Shown here: positions 31,884-49,036 of the stretch, piece by piece | How positions within the stretch are numbered: the first letter of the stretch is position 1 | Layout of the letters: each line of letters starts with the position of its first letter | From: the human T2T-CHM13v2.0 reference genome, Homo sapiens | Direction: 5' to 3' (one strand) | DNA: 64,000 bases | NCBI RefSeq assembly: GCF_009914755.1 | Contig: NC_060932.1 | The notes under the pieces: model-generated | Seen by the model: only the letters and a program-made list of their open reading frames with translations | Databases searched by the model: none | What the model was told of the DNA's origin: nothing | Position numbers and translations under genes: made by a program

Positions 31884-32849
31884 GTAAGCAGCTCTTATAA
31901 TTAAGAATGGAATCCGTGTATGTACATGTATGTGGAAACCGTATCTGTGGTGATTAAGAACTCAGGCTCTAGAGTTACCTGGGTTCACATTCCAGCTTCT
32001 GTGGTTACTAATTGGGTAACCTCAGGTGAGTTGCTTAACCCCTATGTATCTCTTTTCTCATCTGTAAATTGAAAATAATAAAAGTGCCTTGTTCTGAAGA
32101 TTGAATAAGAGAATCTGAATAGTGCTTAACACAAAGAAGTGCTCATTAAGTTTGCTGTTATTTTTGTTGTTATGTGTCTAAACAAGAACATTATTTTCTC
32201 AAATCAGAATCTGGGCATACTGTGTTCAATGTCCCTGGTCTAAAAGAAGCATTAAGTTATGCTATGAAAAAGCATAAAACGCAGTGATTTTTGGTCTTGA
32301 ACATTCTCTTTAATTTGGAATCTAAAGGCTTTTGGAAGCAGTTTTGTATAGTATAAGGTATGCAGACAGAAGAGAGTCAGGAGGCCTCAGAGCCACCAGT
32401 CCCTTCCCGTGTGATGTGGAATGAATCATTTGGGAAAATATCTGAGTGCTTGAGGTCAAAGCCTCTGGAATCAGACTCCCTGGACTTAAACCTCATCTTC
32501 AGTACTTAGAACCTTGGGCAAGTTACTTAATCTCAGTTAAGTATAAGGACATCAGTATTCATCTATAAAATCAGTACCTACTACATAGTTACAGTAGCAG
32601 TATCTACTTCATACTTATTGGGAGGATTAAACACGGTAGGAGTTAAATGGATAGAAACCATTTAGCATAGTGACTGGCAAACAGGAAGTACTCAATACAT
32701 GTTAGGAACTGTTATTACTTCAGGGTTATTCCGTGACTTCTCTGAATCCTTTTCTTCTGTCAAATCATGACAGCCTACCCTACCTTATGGGGTTTTTGTA
32801 AGGACCAGATGATGTCAGATGAAAGCATTCTAAAAAAATTATAGAGACA

Positions 32850-33105
32850 AGAGGATCACTTGAGCCCAGGAGTTCGAGACCAGCATGGGCAACATGGCCA
32901 AACCTTGTCTCTACAAAAAAAAAAAAAAAAAGTAAAAATTAGCGGGGTGTGATGTTGTGTGCCTGTGGTCCCAGCTACTCAGGAGGCAGTGGTGGGAGGA
33001 TCACTTGAGCCTGGTATGTCGAGGCTGCAGTGAGCTATGATCGTGCCACTGCACTCCAACCAGGCTGACCGAGCCAGACCCTATCTCAAAAAAAAAAGAA
33101 AGAAA
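32850..33105 (+). mobile_element. 5'-truncated Alu
   Basis: Alu consensus; TSD-like aaattata on both sides. Confidence 0.85.
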
Positions 33106-33484
33106 TTATAAAAGGTCCATGAGCTATGAATATTATACTCCCCAGTGCAAATGATGACTGGTCACATGTTACAAGTTAAAAACATGGAGACATAATGACA
33201 ATACATTTTTGTACATTATGCCTTTGTCATAGTAGTGTACTTTTTGATTTTGTTTATATTATTCAGAGTCATTAGAAAAGTTAATTTAGTTACTAGACAG
33301 TAGCTTTTCAAAAAGAAAAAATTAGATTACTGGGGTTTTTTTCTGTTTATTTTTTCAGATAAAAAGTAAGGACATAGTTAAGGGAGAAGAAGCTACCCAC
33401 AGGGCAGAAAAAGCATCATGTGAAAGGAAGAACTACCATTTTCCCAGTGCACGAATGAAATGACTCTTTGTCTCTCATTTCCAG

Positions 33485-33692
33485 TCTGGTTGCAATCCCA
33501 GTGTATGTCAAACATAACATCAGTTTCCGGGACAGTAGTTCCCTTGGACGCTTTGAAATAACGGTGGGACCCAAGCAGACGATGGGGAAGACCATTGAGG
33601 GAGTGACTGTCACCAGCCAGATGCCCAAGGGGGTCCTGAACATGAGCCTTACTCCATCACAGGGGACACACACATTCGACCCAGTCACAAAG
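33485..33692 (+). CDS. AP3M2: AP3M2 exon 7
   Basis: LVAIPVYVKHNISFRDSSSLGRFEITVGPKQTMGK...FDPVTK; 208 nt. Confidence 0.97.
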
Positions 33693-33986
33693 GTAGGGAT
33701 GAGCAGGACATCTTGAATTGCTGATGTTAAGCAGAAACCAGTCTGCAGGTTCTCTGTGTAGACTCTAGACCTTGTTTGGAAGGTGAGATGAGTCAAAGGG
33801 ACCTTGTTTTCTCCTGCCAGGTAACTTAACAGTAACACGTAGGATTCTCAATGGAAAGATACCCAGAGGCAGCTTATAATGTTGTGGACAGGTGCCCTGA
33901 GTTTAGATCTCAGCCACCTCAAATGCAGGATTCTGCTGTAACTATTTTTTGGAAAGACCACTTCTCCATTTTTATTTTCTTTGAAG

Positions 33987-34131
33987 ATGCTGTCTTGGGA
34001 TGTAGGAAAAATAAATCCACAAAAGCTACCAAGTTTGAAGGGGACCATGAGTCTTCAGGCTGGAGCTTCCAAACCAGATGAAAACCCCACAATTAACCTG
34101 CAGTTTAAGATCCAGCAGCTGGCCATTTCTG
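33987..34131 (+). CDS. AP3M2: AP3M2 exon 8
   Basis: MLSWDVGKINPQKLPSLKG...NLQFKIQQLAIS; donor G|GTAAGT; 145 nt. Confidence 0.97.
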
Positions 34132-35281
34132 GTAAGTGACCCAGAGCTCAAGAGGCTCCAAAGGGAACAAAAACGGCTTTCTGCCATATGGCGCAGGCAC
34201 CAGGAAGCCTTTCTGGGCTTCCTGTTTACAAGGTTTAGTTTCATTACCTGATAAACAATCTTTAGTAACATCTTTTCTGGCATGTTTCTGGGGAAAATTT
34301 ACAATCCTTCCTTTGAAGTTGGCATAAGTGACCTGAATAAAAGTGCCTAAGACACACTGAGAAAGAAACAGTATTGGTAGAAGGAAGTATTCACTAGCCA
34401 TTTTTGGATCATCTTAGGGTTGTTCATTTCAGGTTCCCAAGGTTTTCAGTATGAGAATCCATGTGCATTCTCAGCTATAACTGAAGTGTAATTTCCACTC
34501 CTTTCTTCTGTTTTCAGAAGACTTTCATGTTTGCTCTTATTTCTATTTTGGAACCACTGGGCCTTTCCAGGTCAGTTCACTATAGTCTGTGCCGACCTTA
34601 GCACGGTAGTCATCAGTTACCACTTTGGGGGCATTTACCATGTTCCAGGCACTGTTTTAAGCTCTTTTCATGTGTTTTCTTTTTTAATCCTTAGAAACTC
34701 TGTGATGTGGAAAGGAGATGACTTTAGCTTTATATGAAGTTTCTGTTTTTCTGTACAAACGGGCCTTATACAATTTAAGTGATTGGAATTCATTTGATGT
34801 ATAAGCTCTTCAATCTTAAAACAATAAACTATAAAGCTCTATACCATATAAAATATTCTTGGCTTAGTCTAGTGAGAATACTTAGGAAGCATTCATTTAT
34901 TAATTACTTTCATTGTTAATTCCTTTATTTATAATTTACTTCATTATTCATTTGTTTTGTTATTCATTTTTTCAGTCCAATAATTTGAGAAAAATCATGC
35001 AGTGGTCTAATTTTTTCCTTATCCTCATTTTAGTCTGCACATTACTTTGTACCCTTTCCACTTCAGGGACAGGTCTTCTCATAGGTAGCTTGTCTGTTGG
35101 AGCCTTTTTTTGCTGTCAGTATCTGTCCCAAGACTGGAGAATCCATCTGCTCTGCATAAGTGGTTCCCTGTCACAGCAATGTCGGTCCCACTGACCTCAG
35201 TGTATTGAACAGAAACAGTTAGGCGACCTGCTCCTTTTGAATAATACTCATGTCTATTTTCCCTCTCTCCCTCCTTTCTAG

Positions 35282-35382
35282 GACTCAAGGTGAATCGTCT
35301 GGATATGTATGGAGAAAAGTACAAACCCTTTAAGGGCATAAAATACATGACCAAAGCTGGGAAGTTCCAAGTTCGAACCTGA
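35282..35382 (+). CDS. AP3M2: AP3M2 exon 9, coding part (stop TGA 35380-35382)
   Basis: GLKVNRLDMYGEKYKPFKGIKYMTKAGKFQVRT*; spliced CDS totals 1257 nt = 418 aa. Confidence 0.97.
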
Positions 35383-37510
35383 AGGGAGCATTTGCTGAGG
35401 GAATAGTCTTGCACATTTTTTCATTTCTTACTTGTCTAAAAGTAAAAAAAAATATCAGCCTGTCTCCTAGGTCAGTCCCCTCCTGGACCCACCCGCTCCC
35501 TTTTTTCCTTAGCCTTCAGTGCCATGGAACTAATCAAGGGAGGAAAAGGTCACCAGGGAGAACTGGACAGAACTGAAACACAGCAACACCAGTTCTCAAG
35601 GACAAGGTGTGTGATGGGGGTAGGAAGCTTGGTGCTTATGTAACCATTTTAAACGTGGTTTCTATAGGAAAGACCAACATTTGTTTAGCTTGCTTGGCTT
35701 TAATTATCTAAAGCCAATGAAAGACTTCTTTGTTGATTTTTTAAGATAGAAAGATTAAAAAGAAAGAAAGATGGGAAGAAAATGAATGTTAGTCAAGGAA
35801 AGGCCACTTAAGGATCTGCTCTATGAAGGAGAAGAAAGAGGAAAAAGAAGTAAAGGAGTTAGGAGGAGACACTTAAATGAAAGATTGGCAAGAAAAGCAG
35901 TCGGACTCTACCTTAAGGAGGGATGGGAAGGAAAGAGTTGAGTTGGTTTCTTTCTGATTCCTCTACTCATGTAGAAAACACTTGTACTTCTGGAAATGGA
36001 CTGGAGACTTTTTAAATTTGAGTCCACTATTGACATGGAAACCCCAGTGGAATCAGATTTTCCCTCAAAGACCATGATGGTATCGGACTAGTTTTCAGAC
36101 ACTGCCTGTTGCTGTCCATCAGCACTTGGTCTCTTATCTTCAGTGAGAAGGTGACCCGCCTTCTTCCCATGGTGGCTGCCTAAAGTGCTTCTTTTCTAAC
36201 CCAAAACAGTTCTACTCACTTCCTTTTACAGAATTCACCGGCCATTTTCCTGTTACCTGATCCTTCTACAGGATTTTTAAAAAGTAAGAGAGTTTCAGAG
36301 AAGCCGATCCCATAATCCCCAGTGCAGCCAGGGTTTGTGTGTCATCGTACTGGAGTAGAGGGCCGACTCTTCCCATGAAGGTGAGCACAGCTGTGAGTGA
36401 GTGAGCTCATATCTCCATTTGTCAGTGCTGGACTGGTACCAGATCGTAACCTTCCCGTTGGTCGGAAACTTTTCCATCTGTCGCCCTAGAAAAAGAGAAA
36501 GCTTACCATCGAGGGTGTGGTTGATCCTTGAAGCTGCTTGGTAAAGTTATCATTTCCTCAGTCTTTTCTTTTGTACTCCTATCATGTATTCATTAATATC
36601 TACCAGTCCCTTTTCATTCTAAGACAAAACATTTCTCCTAAATCTCTGAATAAAATCAGTGCTGTAGGAAGATGGACTGTGTTGATCATGGGTGTAAGCA
36701 ACCCAGTTTAAGAAACATGGCAACTAAAGGGATACCTCAGGCTTTCTTTCCCAGTGGGTCATTTTTGTCCTAGTTCAGTGTGTCTGTTACTATTTAAATA
36801 TTTATACAAAAGGGTTTTTGTTTATAGCTTAAGGAATGATACTGTGCTCTGCTTGGTGCATGGAGAAAAAGGAAGACCCATACTCTCCACACCCTAGAGC
36901 TTTTCTCTAAATATTGTGCAAAGTTTTTGCTAGTTTTATCTTCTGACTTTGGGACTAGTTTTTGCTGCAGAGTTGTGTTGCTTTGTGATTTTCCTCTGGG
37001 ATAGTGTACTGTACACAACCAGATGTGTTCCACACTCCGTGACTCCGCAGTTTGTCCTGGAGTGACATACACATCCACCATGGAAAGGGAAGCATCTCTG
37101 CCTGTGGATTCTCAAGTACTTGGAAGCACCTCTCCTGAGGAACCTACAGGATTCTAAGGTTTCCTAGGTCACTGAACAACTAATCTTGGTCCCTGAATAT
37201 TTCTAGGTTTGTAAGTGCAGCAGTTTTATTTCCTCTAGAACTCATCCTGTTTCAAGGGAAGTACCTAAGAAGATATAGAGTGTTTCTAGGGTAAGGGACC
37301 TGCAGGTGTAAGCATAGATGAAATAACTGTCCTGTCACACGTGCAGCAGGCCATGGAGTGTAGCGGGCATCGCTGCCGCCATTCCTGCAGCATCACCATA
37401 AGCAGTGCAGGGTGTCTCCATCGAGCTGTTTGGTTCCATGTGTGTTTAACATGTGCAGAAGTAGCTTCTCTGTTTAAGTTTAATAAAGTTGAGTTTCACC
37501 AGTCTTCTAT
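35383..37510 (+). other. AP3M2: AP3M2 3'UTR (~2.1 kb)
   Basis: Repeat-poor unique sequence from the stop codon to AATAAA at 37482. Confidence 0.75.
37482..37487 (+). terminator. AP3M2: AP3M2 poly(A) signal (alternative AATAAA at 36649-36654)
   Basis: AATAAA followed by a GT/T-rich downstream element (gtggtttgtt). Confidence 0.75.
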
Positions 37511-38196
37511 GTCCTAAGTGGTTTGTTACCAGAACTAACAACAGTGCTATGCCACTCAAACCTCAGTAGAAGCAGTGAGTAAGGAATTCATCGACTCAGG
37601 AGGATCTTACTGCTTCTGTCCTGTCTAGCCAGCAGACCTAAAGCATGTGTTTTGATCGATTCTTTGGTCACATCTGGAAGATAGCAGATGCTGATATTAA
37701 TGTCATTTTTAGGGTTGTGAGCATAAGGTCCAGATCCACCTAGTTATTTTTCACCAGAGTTTTAAAAGACGAAATCGTTGAAGCTGCCGGCATTTAGTCT
37801 AGGGCTTTCCGCATTCTCTTGACCTGCTTCTCTTGTCTTGTTAATTTAGGCATGAAACGGTGTCGCAGTACTCTGGCGTCTTTATTCCAGGAGAGGCTTC
37901 TTACAAGATAAGGCACTGCGAGTCGATTGTTACGCCACACCTGTAACAATTTTCTATAAACATCTCATGGCCATCAAAAAACCTTAAAACTCAATGCGTA
38001 CTCACTGTGAGTGTTCAGTGCCAGCTAGTGCTCCACCCCTTCTCCCTCTCAGCCGGCGTCAACTGTCTCTTCGCCTGTGCTCCCGGGTGCTCTGACCCTG
38101 GTGGTGGGACAGGAAGTTGGTTGTATACATGTACTTTTCTCTGTGGCCGGTAGGTGGGGACTCCATGCCATCAATACTCATTATTTTAATGGTTAG

Positions 38197-39235
<1,039 letters not shown>

Positions 39236-39674
39236 CTAGGTTTTCACCCAGTAAGAAGAGTTGCACAGGTACCTGGAGATCTTGTTCTCCTGGACTGTTA
39301 CCATCTGCTTGTTTTATTAACTAGCTGGGAATAATGAGGAGATGATATTTAATTTCCCCTGACACCCATTCCCGGTAATGATGTGTTGCTCTTTGAGCGT
39401 GTTTTAGAATTTGCATCACTGGGCTGGGGCCCCGTCTCTCAGTCAGGGGCCTCTTCTGAGCAATTGTCTCTATCTAGTCTGTGGTTCCAAGACTGCGTGG
39501 GAGGAATGCTGGGGCCTTTTTACCTCCCATTTCCATCCCCAGGGGCCTCACTGCCTCAGTTCATTTCATTAATCCTGAAGAAGAGCTTGTCCTGCAAAGG
39601 GGGAGGGGATGAAACCAGCTGAATTTCTGCCGGAGATTCAGTGGCTGGGGGTTCCTTCGCACTGGTCCTCAGTG

Positions 39675-40723
<1,049 letters not shown>

Positions 40724-41582
40724 AGTAGTCTAAGAGAAGCAGAATGCAACATTACTTAGATAACGTACTTGTGTGGACTGGTTTAGGGGTTCAATTTCTA
40801 ATGAGCAGAAAATTAAGACAATGGGAGACAGATGGCCCAAATACCAGCTTCTAGGCCGAACCAACGGTTGGGATGTTGCTGTGTTAGCAAGGTCATGCGA
40901 GGTTCTTCCTCCCTATCCCCACAGCGTTCCTCTCCTGCTGTCTGCTTGCTTGCCAGCCACCCCCTGGTTAATTTTCCTAAGGCATGCCCAGTTCCTCACT
41001 TCCCTGAGCAGAATCTCCATGGCTCCTCGTTGCCTACAGAAGTCAATTAAGTCCAAACTCAGTTTGGTGTTCAGAGCCCCCATAATCTAAATTCCAGCCT
41101 ATGTTCCTCTTCCTGAAGTTCACTTCAGACAAGCTCAACTCATTTCTCCCTGTACTCCCCTCTCTTGGCCCTCTACATATTCATACCTCCATGGAGAGTG
41201 CCTTTTCCACACCTGTCCACAGTCCACGTCTCACCCAGTTATTTTTTCCTTAAGATTCTATTTTTTCCTTAAGATTCCCCAATCCCTCTTGCAACTGAAT
41301 TCTACTACAAGTCTGCCCTTTTGTGACCGGCTCCACTGTACCTTGGTACTTCTCTAAATGCCATATTAGCCCATCAGACCAAGCATTCCTGTCCCTCCTT
41401 TTCCCGGTCTGGAGCACCTAGCCCATTGCCTTGTATGTTACAGGTGTTGTGTATATGTTAAGCGAGTGAAGCAGAATTCCAAATGATTTTAAAATGTGAA
41501 CATGAATAAAGAGTGGGATACAGCATCTATAACAAAACCATTCCACTCTGATTTTGGAAAAACTGTGAAAAATATATCTGAA

Positions 41583-41588
41583 TTTATT
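41583..41588 (-). terminator. PLAT: PLAT poly(A) signal (cleavage ~41555)
   Basis: TTTATT on + = AATAAA on -, ~730 nt after the stop; matches the recalled end of the tPA cDNA. Confidence 0.8.
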
Positions 41589-42311
41589 AAGTACAGTATA
41601 AAACAGGGTTGTGGCAACAGAAAGTAAAAACTAACATGGATTGCTATAAATATGCTGAAGCCTAGTTGTTCAAATGATACAATTCTCTCATGCTACTCTA
41701 AAGTTTATAAAGAAAAAGGATTTACACTTTACACACTGTACACAAAAGGAATACCTTCTGAGAGCCAGGGAGTGGGGAAAGGGGAAGGAGACTTGACGTC
41801 AAGGGTGCTTTTGAGGAACATGACGGGCCAGCCAGCCTGCCCCAACTTTGAGGCCCTGCTGGGCTCTTGTGACTATAAATATACTGTCTATTTCTAATGC
41901 AATCCGTCTTTCCTGAAAGATCTTGTTATCTTTTACTATTGAGACATGCTTTCATTTTTGTGGTCCTGTTTCCAAAGCTGCTCACGGTGACAGGTCAGGA
42001 GGTTGGGCTTTAGCTGAAAACAGGGTGGCATGGCCACTTTCTGCCCAGGGAGGAGGCATTCCTGGAGAGGCTAGTGTGCATTCATGTCTTCCCATCTGAC
42101 AGAGTATCCTGAAATCAGACCAAGTCCTGAAAACTTCCAAAATGGGAAGTATCTGGGAAAATGCACTCTTCCCTCTCCTGTAGGGTCTCGTCCCGCTTCT
42201 GCGGTGTGGTGGGTCTGGAGAAGTCTGTAGAGAAGCACTGCGCCTTTGCAGTGTCTTCTGAAGAAGAAGAGGCGGGATCTCATTTGCTTTTGAGGAGTCG
42301 GGTGTTCCTGG

Positions 42312-42527
<216 letters not shown>

Positions 42528-42565
42528 TCAGTATGTGTAGCATGAACATCGTAATCTTCAAAATA

Positions 42566-43695
42566 CAGCAGGCCCTTCAATAATATTCCATTCAGTGTCA
42601 TTTCATTATAACTTTGATGAGGAAAACAAAAATCAATTCCTGTCTGGGGACACTGTCTGCCTGGGTTTTGTCCAGGTACCCCGGTTTCCTTCCACATCCC
42701 AAAGCTTGCACATTAAGCCAACTGAGGATGTATCTACGTGGGCCCAGTCTGAGTGAGTGTGGGTGTTAGTGGCTCTGCAATAGGATGGTGGCGTCTGTCC
42801 AGGGCTGGTCCCGCCTGGCGCCCTGAGCTGCCAGGTGGCTCTGGCCACCCCCACCCAAGACCCTGAACCGGAATAAGCACGTTGGAAAATGAATGAATAC
42901 AAAGTGTTATAAAGTAAAAATCTGTCTAGTCTGTGCTAAATACACGAATGCATGATAAACTGTGAGGTGTGGAGGCAGTCAGGGAGCCTGCCCTATTTGT
43001 GATTGTTTTTGAACTTCATGGTAGTAAGAGGTGTTCCTTACCATTTTTGCTTTGCAAACATTTATTCCCTGAATTAACCCACCACTATTATGGCCGCCAT
43101 CATTCACTTATTCTCCAAAAATTGGGTAAATAAATACCATGTTTGTTTTTATTAACCTTTCTTAAATGTTGTATAGCTCACATTTATTTCAATATTGAAT
43201 GTTAGAAGTGTTTTGGGTCTTTATTTAGAAGTTTGCTGATGTTTTTATGACTAGAAATATTGCCACAAGAACTTCACTCTTCTTTTTTTGTTTTTTTTTG
43301 TTTTTTTGTTTTGAGACAGAGTCTCACTCTGTCACCCACCCAGGCTGGAGTGCAGTGGCGCAATCTCAGCTCACTGCACCCTCCACCTCCGGGGTTCAAG
43401 CAATTCTCGTGCTTATGGGCACGCACCACCACACCTGGCTAATTTTTGTGTTTTTAGTAGAGGCAGGGTTTCACCATGGTGGCCAGGCTGGTCTCGAACT
43501 CCTGACCTCAGGTGATCTGCCTTCCTCAGCCTCTCAAAGTGCTGGGATTACAGGCATGAGCCCCGCACCTGACCAACTCTTGTTTATATCAATTAGCTGG
43601 TGGTAAAATTGGTTTTGTTATACGTCATTTCACTTACAGTTGCAGTTTCTAAGAACCTATTTTTTCCAGGCATGCTGTTAAGTGGAGACTTACTG
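42566..43695 (+). mobile_element. MER6 (TcMar-Tigger) with an Alu inserted at ~43280-43573
   Basis: ta|cagcaggcccttcaataa...gggttttgtccaggtaccccggtttccttccacatcccaaag...gacttactg matches the recalled MER6 consensus. Confidence 0.75.
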
Positions 43696-44492
43696 AAGAG
43701 TGGGTAGATTGTATCTCAGTTATCTTGGTCCCATGGAGGATTAGGCTGTATCTATTCTGGTAAAGTAGAGTTAATTACTCAAACGTTTCAGGCCTCAAAA
43801 ACCCTGGCTTGGCTCCATCACTTACTAGCTGATGGCCTTAGACTAACCATGCTTTGGTTTTCTTATCTGTACCATAGAGATAATATTCATACTACCCATA
43901 GAGTGGTTATGGCATTCAGTAGAAGAATGCATGAAAAGCACTGGAAGACATCTAGTAAAACTCTTGGTAATTGTTAGCTGTTCTTATATTGAATTAAAAT
44001 GATTTGGTTTTGCTTTTAACTAAGCTTGCAGATAGATAATGGTTTCACTTTGGTACAACCTTTTTGTTTCTGGACTGTAAGCTGGTACAGCTGAGGTTGC
44101 TGAAGAAACCATTCAAAAAGAAACTAAATCCTGTCAGGGAATCAGAGGGGAAACCGCCGATATGACTGCCTTGCGAAAACAAAGCCCACACATCCTTCAG
44201 CACCAGAGCCTGGCCTCACTTCTCTTTGTATCTCTTCTACCCCCAGCCCCTAAAGGAGAGCTTCGCACGCTGCAGGCACTGAAATGTCTGAGGAAGATCA
44301 ATTCCTTGGCTCTGTGCAGGTCTTAATACCAGCAGGCTGGCCTGTCCTCCCATACCCCAGTATCTGGCTAATCATGAAATATAAGTACTAATTCTGATAA
44401 GGATGCCCACACAAAGGACCTCAAATAGTGTGCTTTCCCAGGGTATTAGGGCTGAATGTGAGTTTTGAAAACTTCTTTCTCACATCATCTAG

Positions 44493-45014
<522 letters not shown>

Positions 45015-45061
45015 TAGAATTCTTAGGTTTAGGTGACTTTGATCTTCCTCCAGTTGCTTTA

Positions 45062-45418
<357 letters not shown>

Positions 45419-45609
45419 TTATTTATAAACGTTTTTGAAAGAGAAAGCCAAATTTTCCAATAATAGCTAACATTGATCAAGATTCAACATGTATTAGGTC
45501 GAATCCTATGACACTGCTGGTATTTTATCGTTTTGACCCACAAAAACAGCAGGATTCCGGGATTGAACCCACAGCCTCTCCGTAGTGGCACTGCTGATGC
45601 TTCGGACCA

Positions 45610-45780
45610 GGGAGGTCCCTGTTGTGGGGGATGGGGACAGTCCCGAGCCCTGCAGTGTGCAGCATCCCTGGCTGCACTCACTGAAGGCCGGCGTTAACCC
45701 TCACCCTAAACTGTAACAACCAAAAACGTCTCCAGACCTCGCCAAACGTTTCCTGGGGGACAAAATCACCCCAGCTGACA
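45610..45780. mobile_element. MER20-like relic
   Basis: acaaccaaaaacgtctccagacctcgccaaacgtttcctgggggacaaaatcacccc. Confidence 0.65.
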
Positions 45781-46130
45781 TCCATTCGTTCAATATTATC
45801 TCATTTAACCCTCCTAATCTAATTAGGGAGATAGTTCTATCTCCACTTTACCAACGAGGAAACTGAGGCTGGGAGCAGTTCAAAATAAAAATCCATGTCC
45901 ACGGTCACACAGCTCAGCAAGTGGGATTTGAAATCGGGTCTTTGTAACTCCAGCTTCCCAGAACCCACACGCTTAGCGACTGTACTCCACTTCCTACTCA
46001 GAACCTTCCCAACACCTGCAGCACTTCGAGGCCCTCATACTGTTGTGTCCTTTCCTGGCCTGCAGTGTCCCTGTGAGGCAGAGACAGCAGAGACGGGCCC
46101 CCACGACACAGGGAGACGGGACTGGCGTCA

Positions 46131-46713
<583 letters not shown>

Positions 46714-46806
46714 TTAGAATGCTTTTTTTGCTGTGGGATTTCCCCTAAAGGGCTTGGTTTCTAGGCGTTAGAGGGTGGAAAAACCAACTGGGTTTCCGAG
46801 CCCCTA

Positions 46807-47103
<297 letters not shown>

Positions 47104-48254
47104 TCACTTGGTGGGATCAGCATGCCGAATGTTGTCCATACATTCTCTTTAGTTCCCACAGCGATAAGTTTCAGGAGGCGGAGACGTTTTTGCCCAAGGT
47201 TGCAATGGCACCTGGATTAGTTCCCAAGTATGTTTGACTCCAAAACTGGGGATCTGCCATCCTTCATTCCTTCTAATGTTTTCCTACAGCCATTTCCTGG
47301 CCTAAGAAATGAAGAATTGCAGCTTCCTTCTGTGGAATGTCTGCTCATTTCTTTTCCATCTGTCCAACCTTACCCATGCTTCAAGGCCCAGGTGCAATCC
47401 TGCCTCCTCGCAAAGCTTTCCTGACGTCCCCACCTGCTCAGCTCTGAGGAGCTTAGGGACACGGACCACTGAGGACTCACACTAATGCCCTTGGGTGTGA
47501 GTTAGCTGGTGGTCTGTGTCTCATCGTCCCAGTTGGACTTGTGTTCCTTGGGGAACATTCTGGCTGATCTGTGTTCACAGGAGGTGATTAATAACCTACT
47601 CTCTGGCCATTTCCAAACTAAAGTTTCATTTTTTAGCAATATGCACCAACTTGAATCTCCTATCTCTCACCCACATCATGAGCCAGCTCCCCTGTGTGAA
47701 ATAGGTCAACAGGAAACGTGGAAGATCTCACAGTGGAAGTACATGCCATTGGGGTCAGAGGGCATGAGGGCAGGCCCTAGCTTTACCTCCCGGTGCCCAG
47801 CGAGCTTGGGCAGGCCACCTGGCGTCTGGGAGACTGCTTCCTACTCAGTAAACTGGAGGTAGGAAGACCACCTCCACCACGCTGTTGGACAAATGTGGTG
47901 AAGGCACTTTATTATCTAAGGAGCCATGCATGCGAGGCCTCCTCCTCATTCCCCATTACTCTCAGCAACACCAATAGAGGCGTCTAGAGAGAGCCGGGTA
48001 GAGCCTACTGACTTCTCAGAGAGGTTGCTGTGTTCTTTTCTTTCTTCTTGCCCCTCCCCACCACCCCCATGCATGGGTCATGGACACCCGCCCACCCACC
48101 GTGGCTTCAGTCATGGAAGCCCCCTCCCCACCCAGCCTGGAAGTCTGGTAGGCACACAGTCTGCACCAGACAGCCATGAAGGCCTAGAAAGTGGCGAGGA
48201 GATGGTGAAGAAGGGAGACCAGGTGCAGGGAGGCAGCCGGGGCCCAGCCCTTAC

Positions 48255-48340
48255 AGCAGGAGGGCACATCACAGTACTCCCACGTCAGCCTGCGGTTCTT
48301 CAGCACGTGGCACCAGGGCTTGGCATCCCCATCAGGATTC
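48255..48340 (-). CDS. PLAT: PLAT exon 9 (kringle 2, second half)
   Basis: [28 protein letters not shown]; 86 nt. Confidence 0.97.
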
Positions 48341-48344
48341 CTAA

Positions 48345-48521
<177 letters not shown>

Positions 48522-49036
48522 TAAGATTTTCAATCCCATTTTCAGCCACATCACAGGCCATGTAAGAGTAGAAGGAGACTCAGTCAACCAATGAAAACCA
48601 CTGAGCTGGGAGGGAGGACACCGAGTTCATCTTGACCTTGCAGCACACCCCCACCCTAGGAGAACTTCTCTTTAACTTTGTTACCCAGTCAGTAATGTAG
48701 TGTTCTAATCTCATAGGGTTGTCAGACAGAACTGTGAGCTGTCCTGTTACGGAACTCTTACAAATCATTGCAATAAAGATGTCAGGAGAACAGCTGAGGA
48801 CTAAATGGTTACAGGCCAGGACCCTTAACTTGGGATTTAGGTTGGAAAACTGGTAGACCTTGCTTTTCACAATATGTGTTATTCTAGCAAGTGAAGAGGT
48901 TGGATTAGATAATATCCATGGGTGCTTCCCACGCACTGGGTCTGTCATGCAACTTGAGACATTGGATCTTCCCCCGTCTCACACCCTAATCCCACGTTCT
49001 GCCAAGACCTGAACCCCCCACCCCTGTGCTACCTAC

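Noticed and set aside
33151-33260. ATGATGA C-box suggesting an intronic C/D snoRNA
   Set aside because: No suitably placed CTGA D box or terminal stem
44196-44215. TTCAGCACC REST/RE1 half-site
   Set aside because: The right half (GGACAG) is missing
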